Origin: an uncultured delta proteobacterium
Lineage (GTDB): Bacteria; Desulfobacterota; Syntrophia; Syntrophales; UBA2185
DNA: 64,000 nt
Reading direction: 5' to 3'
NCBI GenBank assembly: GCA_963729715.1
Contig: CAVSPA010000005.1
Span: 192,001-256,000 of the forward strand
Made by a program: the position numbers and the translations under genes
Shown here: piece after piece, positions 1-9,232 of the stretch
How positions within the stretch are numbered: position 1 is the first letter of the stretch
Layout of the letters: the number at the start of each line of letters is the position of its first letter
Notes under the pieces: generated by a model
What the model was told of the DNA's origin: nothing
The model's input: only the letters and a program-made list of their open reading frames with translations
The model's database searches: none

Positions 1-677
1 GCAAGAAAACGTTTGATACCGCAGATGGCCACAGCCTGATCCAGCAAACTGCGGCGACAAGCTTCCTCGCAGGGGTGATGGCAGACACGCCCGCATATGC
101 CCGGCAGGGGATTGTCCTGCCTGATGATATCAAGGGCCTCGTCGAATCGGGAGGCTGCAGTGAGCGCCATATAGGCCTGAACGTTCACACCGAGGGGGCA
201 GCTTATCCTGCAGGGAGCGGGCTTGCGCTTATCCAGATCAAGCGCCCGGGAAGGGCAGTAGGCAGGCGTCCTGCGCAGGGGAGGATGACTCACACCCTGA
301 AGAGGACACACGTCCATACAGCGCCCGCATCCGGTGCACAGATCGTAATCTACATACACGGGGTCTTGAGTAATGACGGCCCGATAACCATCGGGACCAC
401 GCTTAATGGCCTCGATGCGCGCATGGGTTAAGGCGGTAACTAGGGGATGACGCGTTACCTGCAGGTACAGCGGGCGAAACTGGAAATCCAGATCCGCGGG
501 GTAATCTGTAAAGGGCGCGGCTCCCCCGGGGTGTTCGAGGAAGTGAATCGCCTTCGTGACCCAGACCAGGGGCATCCCGGATTGCGAGAGGTCCTGCGCC
601 ACCTTAAGGGCGCCATAACCGGAGCCTACCAGGAGAACTGCTTTTTTCAGGTTGCTGGTTGAGGAACTCCTATGCAT
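1..677 (-). CDS. HdrA/HdrL-like FAD/FeS oxidoreductase with GltD/NfnB-like module, N-terminal part (runs off window start)
   Basis: Not in the ORF track; hand-translated with no stop: MHRSSSTSNLKKAVLLVGSGYGALKVAQDLSQSG...DPVYVDYDLCTGCGRCMDVCP...PAPCRISCPLGVNVQAYMAL...DNPLPGICGRVCHHPCEEACRR...VAICGIKRF. An in-frame GTG at 678-680 overlaps the korC stop. Confidence 0.85.
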   Translation of the reverse strand, partial: MHRSSSTSNLKKAVLLVGSGYGALKVAQDLSQSGMPLVWVTKAIHFLEHPGGAAPFTDYPADLDFQFRPLYLQVTRHPLVTALTHARIEAIKRGPDGYRAVITQDPVYVDYDLCTGCGRCMDVCPLQGVSHPPLRRTPAYCPSRALDLDKRKPAPCRISCPLGVNVQAYMALTAASRFDEALDIIRQDNPLPGICGRVCHHPCEEACRRSLLDQAVAICGIKRFL

Positions 678-679
678 CA

Positions 680-1276
680 CTAATCCCTTGCCAGCCTGGC
701 CTGTTTTGCACGGCTCTTGAGGGTGGCCTTACCGTATTCAACGCCGCGCTCGAAGGCCCGTCCATTCATTTCCCTCGTTGGCGCCGGCACAGATGTCAGC
801 ACCGCTTTGCGCAAAGCCTCTGCGCTTACTAGATCATATATGGTAGAAAGAAATCCGAGCGTGACGATGTTCGCCATCATTTTATTGCCCAGTTCTTCGG
901 CGAAGCGGGTCGCCGGTATATTGTATGCGGTTGCGTCTGAAGAAATTTTTTTCACCTGCACAAGATCCGCTTCCAGAATCAGCATGCCGCCTTCGTGCAG
1001 ACTGCCGATATTTTTGGAATAACCTTCCTGGCTCAGACAGATCAGGACATGCGGCTCCTTTATATAAGGGAAAAGGACCTCCTCTTCGCTGATAATAACC
1101 TGGGCCGAACAGGCGCCGCCGCGTGCCTCCGGTCCGTAGGCCTGCGTCATGGTGGCAAATTTCCGGTCGTAAAGGGTAGCCGCCGTTCCAAGTATGTCGC
1201 CGGCCATGATGACCCCCTGCCCGCCGAAGCCCGTTATAAGGACGTGCTTTTCCTTATTCATGTTAGTGGATCTCAT
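680..1276 (-). CDS. korC: 2-oxoacid:ferredoxin oxidoreductase gamma subunit
   Basis: GFGGQGVI, YGPEARGG and NIVTLG motifs; ATG overlaps the korB stop (TGATG). Confidence 0.93.
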   Translation of the reverse strand: MRSTNMNKEKHVLITGFGGQGVIMAGDILGTAATLYDRKFATMTQAYGPEARGGACSAQVIISEEEVLFPYIKEPHVLICLSQEGYSKNIGSLHEGGMLILEADLVQVKKISSDATAYNIPATRFAEELGNKMMANIVTLGFLSTIYDLVSAEALRKAVLTSVPAPTREMNGRAFERGVEYGKATLKSRAKQARLARD

Positions 1277-2169
1277 CAGCCTGCCTCATTCTCAGGGACA
1301 ATCGTGCCTTCAAAATCCGGCCAGTCCCCGATCAGATTCTTGCAACTCAGCTGATAGTTATCCAAAAATGTCGGCCTTACCTTGTCCACAAATTTTCCCA
1401 CCACAATATTGCTGCCGAAGTCTATAGGCGCCTCCTTCGGGTCGATGTCGTTGCGGATAACGGAACGCTCATGATAAAACTTCAGAGTCTCCAGGGCAGT
1501 GCCTATCTTGTTACGGCGCCCGAAGGAGGTGGGGCAAGGAGTCAGTATCTCGACGAACCCGAACCCGCGCTTCTGCATTGCCTCAGTGATGGAGTTTGTG
1601 AGTCTTCGTATGTGCAAAGATGTCCAGCGTGCGACGTAAATTGCCCCGCATGCAGAAGCCAGATAACAGAAATTGAACGGTTCCTCCGGACAGCCCGTGA
1701 CGCTTGTGGTAGTCTTAGCCCCGAAAGGCGTACTGGGAGCGAGTTGCCCGCCGGTCATCCCATAGTTTAGGTTGTTCACGCAGATGACGGTGATATCAAT
1801 ATTCCGCCGGGCCGCATGGATGAAATGATTGCCCCCTATAGCAAGCAGGTCACCGTCGCCGGAGACGACGAGCACCTTCAGTTCCGGATTCGCCAGCTTC
1901 AGGCCTGTGGCGAATGGCAGGGCGCGGCCATGCGTTGTGTGAAAGGAATCCAGCCGGATATATCCGGCCATCCGCGCGGTGCAGCCGATGCCGGAAACTA
2001 TAGCAGTCTTGTCGAGGTCGTAGCCTGATTTCTGAATGGCTGCAATCACAGACCCGAAAACGGTGCCGATGCCACACCCGGCACACCATATATGGGGAAG
2101 ACGCTCACTCCGGATCAAGCCTTCCATGGGATGCTCGGGCACAGTCTTTTCTGCTTTTTTCGTCCTCAT
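1276..2169 (-). CDS. korB: 2-oxoacid:ferredoxin oxidoreductase beta subunit (TPP-binding)
   Basis: WCAGCG, SGIGC, HGRALP, GDGD...NNLNYGMTGGQ and PCPT motifs. Confidence 0.95.
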   Translation of the reverse strand: MRTKKAEKTVPEHPMEGLIRSERLPHIWCAGCGIGTVFGSVIAAIQKSGYDLDKTAIVSGIGCTARMAGYIRLDSFHTTHGRALPFATGLKLANPELKVLVVSGDGDLLAIGGNHFIHAARRNIDITVICVNNLNYGMTGGQLAPSTPFGAKTTTSVTGCPEEPFNFCYLASACGAIYVARWTSLHIRRLTNSITEAMQKRGFGFVEILTPCPTSFGRRNKIGTALETLKFYHERSVIRNDIDPKEAPIDFGSNIVVGKFVDKVRPTFLDNYQLSCKNLIGDWPDFEGTIVPENEAG

Positions 2170-3326
2170 TTCTTTCCCTTCATAGAGTCTTCAATGGCGC
2201 TTAAGATGGTTGCAGGGTGGATTATGGAACCGCCCATGTGGGCCACAAGATGAACGGGACACGCGCCTGCGGCGCACCGCTGCAATTCAAGGACCATCTG
2301 GCCTGCGTTAATTTCCGGCATAATGAGGGCGCGCACCCGGCCGGCTACTTCTCTGATAAGCGTTTCCGGAAACGGCCATATAGTTTCCAGTTTGATAAGT
2401 CCCGCGCGTATGCCTCCGCCGCGTGCATCGCGCACGGCTTGCCTGGCGGACCGCGCACTGATCCCGTAGGCAACTACAACGACATCAGCATCATCGAGGA
2501 AAATATTTTCCGTCCGGATGATCTTGTCCCTGTTGTTTACGATTTTCCCGATCAGGCGATTGACCATCTGCGCCTGTGTCTTCTCGTCCATTCCCGGATA
2601 ACCGCGCTCATCATGCGTCAGACCTGTGATATGGATCCTGTAGCCGTCGCCGCAGTTGGCCATGGGTGCGACCCCGTCCGCATCCGGATGATAGGGCAGA
2701 TAATTATCTGGAGATACCTTGGGTTTCCGCCGCCCGACGATCTCGATTTCCTCTTTCCGTGGAATGACGACACGCTCGTTCATATGACCGACCACCTCGT
2801 CCGCCATGATCATGACTGGTATGCGGTACTGCTCGCTGAGGTTGAAGGCACGGACGGTCAGGTTAAACATCTCCTGGGGACTGGAGGGAGCAAGCACAAT
2901 AACCTCGTAATGGCCGTGTGATCCCCAGCGGGCCTGCATCATGTCTCCCTGGCCGACAAGCGTCGGGAGTCCCGTAGAGGGCCCAGCCCTCTGCACATTA
3001 CAGATCACACAGGGTGTCTCCGTACAGATTCCGAGACCGATATTCTCCATCATCAGGGAGAAGCCCGGACCGGACGTGCTGGTCATGGCCTTAACTCCTC
3101 CCCAGCTTGCACCCAGGATAGCCGACATGGATGCGATCTCATCTTCCATTTGAATATATATGCCGCCGAGCTCCGGCAGCCTGCGGGACATACGTTCGCC
3201 AATCTCCGTTGCCGGGGTGATCGGATACCCTGCGAAAAATCGGCAGCCCGCAGCCAGAGCGCCCTCGCAGCAGGCATAGTCGCCGTTCATGAAATAGATC
3301 CCCGTCAATACGGCCTTGTCAGCCAT
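2166..3326 (-). CDS. korA: 2-oxoacid:ferredoxin oxidoreductase alpha subunit
   Basis: GYPITPATE, QMEDEIAS, TSGPGFSLM and QRAGPSTGLPT motifs. Confidence 0.95.
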   Translation of the reverse strand: MADKAVLTGIYFMNGDYACCEGALAAGCRFFAGYPITPATEIGERMSRRLPELGGIYIQMEDEIASMSAILGASWGGVKAMTSTSGPGFSLMMENIGLGICTETPCVICNVQRAGPSTGLPTLVGQGDMMQARWGSHGHYEVIVLAPSSPQEMFNLTVRAFNLSEQYRIPVMIMADEVVGHMNERVVIPRKEEIEIVGRRKPKVSPDNYLPYHPDADGVAPMANCGDGYRIHITGLTHDERGYPGMDEKTQAQMVNRLIGKIVNNRDKIIRTENIFLDDADVVVVAYGISARSARQAVRDARGGGIRAGLIKLETIWPFPETLIREVAGRVRALIMPEINAGQMVLELQRCAAGACPVHLVAHMGGSIIHPATILSAIEDSMKGKK

Positions 3327-3382
3327 GCACCTCTCCTCGCATAACAGATACTTTATTATACTGACATGCAGTAAGTTATTTT

Positions 3383-3682
3383 CTACTTCTTCTTTCGAGA
3401 CCGGGCGATCTTATCGCGCGCTGTTTCCGTTGTCTCTATGGAAAATATTCCAAATTCCGGACACAAGGCCTCGCAGAAGTGGCAATTAACACATTTTGAC
3501 TCGTCTATGACCGTAGGCGTATGATAGCCTTTTGCATTAAATGCTTGAGACATGGCGAGCACATCGCGTGGACAGTATGCGACGCAGAATCCGCACCCTT
3601 TGCAGCGATCCTCAACAATGATGACCTTACCTTTGCTCGCCCTGATGCTCTCCAGATCGAGGGGTTTTCTCCAGTATTTCAT
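3383..3682 (-). CDS. korD: 2x[4Fe-4S] ferredoxin-like delta subunit of the 2-oxoacid oxidoreductase
   Basis: CKGCGFCVAYCP and CVNCHFCEALCP; first gene of the kor cluster. Confidence 0.92.
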   Translation of the reverse strand: MKYWRKPLDLESIRASKGKVIIVEDRCKGCGFCVAYCPRDVLAMSQAFNAKGYHTPTVIDESKCVNCHFCEALCPEFGIFSIETTETARDKIARSRKKK

Positions 3683-3771
3683 GCGGCAACGCCTCTCTTC
3701 AGTTTCATGCCTTCACGGATTTGACAATAAAAGGGTTTATATATGAGAAATGAATGCATATGTCAATAGCG

Positions 3772-3810
3772 CATGTGTGCTTTGCGCATGTGTGCTTGCC
3801 ATGTGTGCTT
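3772..3810. repeat. Three direct copies of CATGTGTGCTT
   Basis: Exact copies at 3772, 3787 and 3800 in the divergent korD/ALDH intergenic region. Confidence 0.85.
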
Positions 3811-4047
3811 CGACTCTATGCTGTAATATCCAGAAGATACGAAGGCACAGGCGGATCACTTGTTAAATCACCCTTCGGGCGAAGGAAATGCGGGTATAAA
3901 ACCGTATGCCCTTGCTTAGCAGGAGATGTATTTTTCGTCATTTCCTGATATAATTGTTGACAATGCTTACTATGAAAATCTTGAGCACAGCAGATCACTT
4001 TGATCAATACTCTCAAGGAATTAATGTGCATCGAGAAAAGGAGGTCA

Positions 4048-5472
4048 ATGATGGATATATATGACATTTGCGTTGGAGGCGCATTTCGCAAAACAGACAA
4101 GATTCTTAAAGTCGCCAATCCGTTTAACAATGAGGTCTTTGCTGAGACATATTTGGGCCATGAAGCTGATCTGGAAGAAGCCATCTCCAAGGCTCAGTCG
4201 GTGGAAAATGTCATGAAGGGACTGAGCTCTTTCGAGCGCTTTGAGATTCTCAGGTACATTGCAAATACCCTTATCCAGAGGAAAGACCGTTTATCAAGGG
4301 TGCTTGCCCAGGAGTCTGGAAAACCTCTCATATATGCAGGCGCCGAAATTGACCGCTCCAGCCAGACTTTCCTCATCGCGGCGGAAGAATCCAAGAGGCT
4401 TCCCAGAGAATATTTGAGCCTTGACTGGACTCTCGGCGGTAAAGACAAGGAAGGGCTCGTAAAATATTTTCCCGTCGGCCTCGTGGCAGGCATCTCTCCT
4501 TTCAACTTCCCGATGAATCTGGCATCCCACAAGATCGCGCCGGCTATAGCCGCGGGTTGTCCCATCGTAGTGAAACCGGCATCGGCAACGCCGCTTTCCA
4601 CACTGGAACTCGCAAAAATCATCGACGAGACTTCCTTGCCAAAGGGGGCGCTGTCCATTATCCCGATGGATCGAGCGACAGGAATGAAGCTTGTGACAGA
4701 TGAGAGGTTTAAGCTTCTCACATTCACAGGTTCGCCGGAGGTGGGATGGAGAATGAAGAAAGATGCCGGCAAGAAAAAAGTAGTCCTCGAACTTGGCGGG
4801 AACGCCGGCGTCATTGTATGCGGAAGCGCCGATATCGACTTTGCTGTGAAAAGGTGCATTTCTGGCGGTTTTGCCTACTCGGGGCAGATCTGCATCCATG
4901 CTCAGAGGATCTTTGTGGAGAGAAGGATTTTTGATGAGTTTCTCGAGAAATTCGTAGTGAGCGCACAGAGCTTAAGGTTCGGTGACCCTCTCAAACCAGA
5001 AACACAGATCTCTGTCATGATCGATGAACCGAATGCGAAACGAGTCGAAGACTGGGTGAGAGAGGCAACAAGCGGCGGTGCAAAGACTGTCTGTGGCGGG
5101 AACAGGGAAGGTGCATTTTGTGAGCCAACAGTGCTCACAAACACAAAGAGATCGATGAAGGTCAATTGTCTCGAGGTTTTCGGCCCTGTGGTTACCATAG
5201 AACCTTATACAACCATAGAAGAGGCAGTTCATATGGTAAACGATACGAACTTCGGATTACAGGCTGGAATCTTCACTTATAAGATGAATGAAATAAACTA
5301 CGCGTTTATAAACCTGGAAGTCGGAGGCGTTATCGTCAATGACGTTCCCACATTCCGCGTGGATCACATGCCGTATGGAGGTATAAAGGACTCAGGTCTG
5401 GGAAGGGAAGGCCTCAAATATGCCATTCTCGATATGATGGAGGCGAAGATGCTGGTTACTGATACGCGATAA
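4048..5472 (+). CDS. NAD(P)-dependent aldehyde dehydrogenase
   Basis: ISPFNFP, KPAS, FTGS, ELGGNA, GQICI (catalytic Cys), EVFGPV and PYGGIKDSG; AGGAGG RBS before ATG 4048. Confidence 0.95.
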   Translation: MMDIYDICVGGAFRKTDKILKVANPFNNEVFAETYLGHEADLEEAISKAQSVENVMKGLSSFERFEILRYIANTLIQRKDRLSRVLAQESGKPLIYAGAEIDRSSQTFLIAAEESKRLPREYLSLDWTLGGKDKEGLVKYFPVGLVAGISPFNFPMNLASHKIAPAIAAGCPIVVKPASATPLSTLELAKIIDETSLPKGALSIIPMDRATGMKLVTDERFKLLTFTGSPEVGWRMKKDAGKKKVVLELGGNAGVIVCGSADIDFAVKRCISGGFAYSGQICIHAQRIFVERRIFDEFLEKFVVSAQSLRFGDPLKPETQISVMIDEPNAKRVEDWVREATSGGAKTVCGGNREGAFCEPTVLTNTKRSMKVNCLEVFGPVVTIEPYTTIEEAVHMVNDTNFGLQAGIFTYKMNEINYAFINLEVGGVIVNDVPTFRVDHMPYGGIKDSGLGREGLKYAILDMMEAKMLVTDTR

Positions 5473-5486
5473 TATATAAATGAAAC

Positions 5487-5615
5487 CCCCTCGCATCTGA
5501 GACTGAATCATCTCTGTCTGTTATTGTGAATGGGCAAAAGGGGTATGTTTGGCTCCTATTGTTTATGCCGCTTCACTCATTCGCATTGACATTCCGATGC
5601 AGTCTCACGAGGAGG
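5487..5615 (+). other. Long imperfect stem-loop (~130 nt) between convergent genes
   Basis: Nested pairings CCTCG/CGAGG, TGAGACTG/CAGTCTCA, TGTC/GACA, TGTGAATGGG/CTCATTCGCA and AAGGGGTAT/ATGCCGCTT; the G-U pairs favour the + strand. Confidence 0.6.
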
Positions 5616-5640
5616 ATTACAAGAAATCTCTGTTTCTCTC

Positions 5641-5982
5641 TTATCCTATGGCCTTGCCGCCACGTTCGCCCGTGCGGATGCGGATAACCTCGTAGAGGTC
5701 CATTACAAATATCTTCCCGTCTCCGATTTCACCCGTCCGGGCCCCCTTGATGATCGCCTGTACCGTCGGCTCCACAAAATCCTCGTTGCACGCTATCTCC
5801 AGCTTTATCTTCTTCAGCAGGCTCCCTACCTCCTTCGCACCCCGGTAGATCTCCGTCAAACCCTTCTGCCTGCCGCGTCCGAGTACATTCGATACGGTCA
5901 CCAAGTTCACCTCCACGTCCTCAAGGCTTTTCATCACCTCGTCCAGTTTGTGGGGCTGTATTATCGCGACTATATATTTCAT
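5641..5982 (-). CDS. glnK: Nitrogen regulatory protein P-II
   Basis: GRGRQKG..EIYRG T-loop and [12 protein letters not shown]; directly downstream of amtB. Confidence 0.95.
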   Translation of the reverse strand: MKYIVAIIQPHKLDEVMKSLEDVEVNLVTVSNVLGRGRQKGLTEIYRGAKEVGSLLKKIKLEIACNEDFVEPTVQAIIKGARTGEIGDGKIFVMDLYEVIRIRTGERGGKAIG

Positions 5983-5997
5983 GGCTAACTACCCTCC

Positions 5998-7233
5998 TTA
6001 TTCCACAACGGTGTAGGCGGCTTCACTCTGCTGGGTCAGGTCAAGGCCGATGATCTCATCCTTCTTCTCGACCCTGATGCCGACTAAAGCATCCACGAAC
6101 TTAAAGATTATCCAGGTCATGACGCCCGCAAACACAGGGGCCACGACGATAAGCAGCAGCTGGACCAAAAACTGATGAACATCCCCGAAGAACAAACCAT
6201 TTCCGCCGGCTTGGTTCACCACTTTCTCGGCAAAGAGGCCTGTAGCAATTGTCCCCCACATGCCGCCGACGCCGTGCACGCCGAAAACATCGAGCGCATC
6301 ATCATACTTGAAGAGCACCTTCACCTTGGCGATGGCGATGTAGCAGAAGACGCTGACGAGAATGCCGATGAATATGGCGTTCATGGGGCTGACAAATCCG
6401 CAGGCAGGAGTAATAGCGACAAGGCCTGCGACCGCGCCTGTTGCCGCGCCCAGGACAGTCGGGGCGCCATGCTGCTGCCATTCAATAAGTGCCCAGGTTA
6501 ATCCCGCAGCAGCTGTCGCCGTGTTGGTCGTGATAAAGGCATTTGCCGCCAGTTCGTTTGCCGCGAGAGCGCTTCCCGCGTTGAATCCGAACCAGCCAAA
6601 CCAGAGTAGCGCCGCCCCCAGCACCGTAAAGGGAAGATTGTGCGGCCGGAAAGGCTGTTCCTGGTAGCCGATCCTCTTGCCAATCAGTATTGCCATTACC
6701 AGCGCCGATACTCCGGAACTGGTATGGACGACAATGCCGCCCGCAAAATCGAGAGCGCCCAGATTCTTCAGCCAGCCTCCTGTTCCCCAGACCCAGTGAC
6801 CCAAAGGATCGTAGACAAATGTCGCCCAGAGAATCGTGAAAAGAAGGAAGGCGGAAAATTTGATCCGCTCCGCAAAGGCGCCCACAATCAATGCCGGTGT
6901 GATGACAGCAAACATGCACTGAAAAATCATAAACACCGAATGTGGAATAGTCGCGGCATAATCAGCATTCGGCTGTCCCCCTACACCCCTCAGTCCTACC
7001 CAGTCGAAGCTACCTATGATGCCATGACCCGTATCCGGACCGAATGTTAAGGAATATCCATATAAGATCCACTGCAAGCTGATGACGCATAAAATGATGA
7101 AACATTGCATCAACAGGGAAAGAACATTTTTCCGCCGCACCAGGCCGCCGTAAAAGAAGGCCAGTGCAGGCACCGTCATAAGCAAAACCAACGCTGTCGA
7201 TGCCAATACCCATGCTGTATCACCTGAATTCAT
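5998..7233 (-). CDS. amtB: Ammonium transporter
   Basis: DFAGGIVVH, LLWFGWFGFNAGS and DDALDVFGVHG; GGAGGTG RBS before ATG 7233 (MNSGDTAW). Confidence 0.97.
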   Translation of the reverse strand: MNSGDTAWVLASTALVLLMTVPALAFFYGGLVRRKNVLSLLMQCFIILCVISLQWILYGYSLTFGPDTGHGIIGSFDWVGLRGVGGQPNADYAATIPHSVFMIFQCMFAVITPALIVGAFAERIKFSAFLLFTILWATFVYDPLGHWVWGTGGWLKNLGALDFAGGIVVHTSSGVSALVMAILIGKRIGYQEQPFRPHNLPFTVLGAALLWFGWFGFNAGSALAANELAANAFITTNTATAAAGLTWALIEWQQHGAPTVLGAATGAVAGLVAITPACGFVSPMNAIFIGILVSVFCYIAIAKVKVLFKYDDALDVFGVHGVGGMWGTIATGLFAEKVVNQAGGNGLFFGDVHQFLVQLLLIVVAPVFAGVMTWIIFKFVDALVGIRVEKKDEIIGLDLTQQSEAAYTVVE

Positions 7234-7278
7234 AGTAAGCACCTCCCGATCCTTAAAATCCTTTTTAATGCCTACAAT

Positions 7279-7294
7279 AGCAATTAGGGTGCCA
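7279..7294 (-). promoter_or_regulatory. sigma54 (-24/-12) promoter of amtB-glnK
   Basis: Minus strand reads TGGCAC-CCTAA-TTGCT, the exact consensus with GG-N10-GC spacing, 45 nt upstream of the ATG. Confidence 0.85.
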
Positions 7295-7506
7295 CGCATA
7301 AAAGTCGTTGATTATATTACTTAATGTGCTATAAGAGTGGCGGCGGCCATAAATCAATATGACAATTTTGTACTATATGAACACGAGTTTTACAAAAATG
7401 TGATTCCCGTGCGCCTGTCAGCATCAGATCCTCTTTTTCGTTTGACACAGAGGCTTGAGCTTACTAATAATGACGCAAATATTTTTTCAAAAGTTGGAAT
7501 AACATC

Positions 7507-8535
7507 GTGAGGGCTGACGAAGGACTGCCATTCCTCCTGCGCTATGAAAATGTGGCGGATTACAGGAACGGCGAAGTGTGGATATTAGACAGGAGAAAAT
7601 ATCCTGCGGAAGAAGAGTTTGTCCGCTGCGCGGACTATCGAGGCGTTGCCCGGGCTATCGCAGAAATGGTAACGCAGAGCGGGGGACCTTGGCTCGCAGC
7701 CGCCTACGGAATGGTCAGTGCGGCGAGGGGAGTGCACAAGCTCTCCGGCGAAAGGGCGAAAGAAGAACTGCAGCGTGCGGCAGACGTGCTGATCTACGCA
7801 CGGCCGACCACATCGGCAAACATGAAGATACACATCATGCGAATTCTCCGGACGGCCCAAGACGCCATCGACCGGGGAGAGGACGCAGAATCTGCTACAT
7901 ATGCTCATGTGCAGAAAAATCTGGAAAACCGCTACCGCAATTCGCGCCGGATTGCAGCGTATGCCGTAGACCTGATGCCGGATGACGTTAGCATACTCAC
8001 CCAGTGTTACGCAGAAACCCTCATCGGGTTTGTGCTGCTGGTATCTCAGGAGAAGGGCAAAAAAGTATCTCTAATCTGTCCGGAGACCAGACCGTATCTC
8101 CAGGGGGCAAGATTGACGGCCAGTGTGGCCTGCGACATGGGCGTGCCGGTGACGGTAATTACCGACAACATGCCTGCATACATCCTCTCAAAGGGAATGG
8201 CGCAGGTATTTATATGTGCAGCGGACGTGATCACACTGGATGGTTTTGTGGTCAACAAGATAGGCACTTTTCAGATAGCCCTGGCGGCCCATTTTTACAA
8301 CGTACCTTTCTATGCGCTGGGGACGCCCTCCGCAGCGCATCCTGACATCTCGAAGGTGGAGGTTGAGGAGAGAGACCCCGAAGAAACAGTGCATGCCATG
8401 GGCATCCGCACGGCTAAGGATGGTGTGAAAGGATATTATCCTGCTTTTGATATCACACCTCCAGGATTGATACGCGCAGTGGTTACACCGAGAGGGGTCT
8501 TCCCCCCATCAGATTTGAAAGGATATTTTTCATAA
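7507..8535 (+). CDS. Divergent MtnA/eIF-2B-family sugar-1-phosphate isomerase
   Basis: ARPT, ETRPYLQGARLT, ITDN, NKIGTFQIA, EERDPEE and PAFDITP; TQSGGP replaces the canonical VRGAP. Confidence 0.85.
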   Translation: MRADEGLPFLLRYENVADYRNGEVWILDRRKYPAEEEFVRCADYRGVARAIAEMVTQSGGPWLAAAYGMVSAARGVHKLSGERAKEELQRAADVLIYARPTTSANMKIHIMRILRTAQDAIDRGEDAESATYAHVQKNLENRYRNSRRIAAYAVDLMPDDVSILTQCYAETLIGFVLLVSQEKGKKVSLICPETRPYLQGARLTASVACDMGVPVTVITDNMPAYILSKGMAQVFICAADVITLDGFVVNKIGTFQIALAAHFYNVPFYALGTPSAAHPDISKVEVEERDPEETVHAMGIRTAKDGVKGYYPAFDITPPGLIRAVVTPRGVFPPSDLKGYFS

Positions 8536-8557
8536 ATACGCTCTGTAAGGAGTCCCC

Positions 8558-9196
8558 ATGTTATACGAGGAAGCGCGGAAGGCACTGCATAAATGCGTCT
8601 TGAGGCTTTACCAGAAAGGTCTTGTACAGTTAAATTCGGGAAACGTGAGCATTCGTGTCTCTGACGAACATCTCGTGATCACACCGACGGGGATATCCTA
8701 TGACGGCATGTCGGAAGAGGACCTGGTTGTCATTGACCTCAAAGGCAGTTCCATCGAGGGTAAACACAAACCCTCTTCCGAAACGCCCATGCATACAACC
8801 GTCTATAAGAATATACCTGAAGTGAAGGCCATCATACATACACACTCACCTTTCGCAATGGCCTTTGCTGCAGTGGGGAGAAGCATTCCTATCATCAGCA
8901 CCGAAGGACTGACCGTACGCGGGCCGATACCGGTTGCCGATTATGCCTGTCCCGGTACGGAGGCACAGGGCTGGGCTGCAATCAAGGCCATGAAGGGACC
9001 GCCATATGTAATGGGAACACTACTTAAGAATCACGGTGTGCTCGTCACTGGAACAAACCTGTCCCATGCATATTCAATGGCCTGCCGCATCGAAATGGCG
9101 GCAAAGGTTTATTTCCTAGCCCTGCAGATAGGCGAACCCGATGTCCTCACGGACGACCAGATTAAGGAGATCAGAAGCGTATATTTAAGAAAATAG
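8558..9196 (+). CDS. Class II aldolase/adducin family protein (FucA/Ald2-like)
   Basis: SGNVS, PSSE..MH, HTHS and LKNHG metal-binding motifs. Confidence 0.92.
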   Translation: MLYEEARKALHKCVLRLYQKGLVQLNSGNVSIRVSDEHLVITPTGISYDGMSEEDLVVIDLKGSSIEGKHKPSSETPMHTTVYKNIPEVKAIIHTHSPFAMAFAAVGRSIPIISTEGLTVRGPIPVADYACPGTEAQGWAAIKAMKGPPYVMGTLLKNHGVLVTGTNLSHAYSMACRIEMAAKVYFLALQIGEPDVLTDDQIKEIRSVYLRK

Positions 9197-9232
9197 AGGA
9201 CGCAGTACCTATTCATCACGAGGTTGGCACCC

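Noticed and set aside
3772..3810. Mini CRISPR array
   Set aside because: 11-nt repeats with 2-4 nt spacers and no cas genes.
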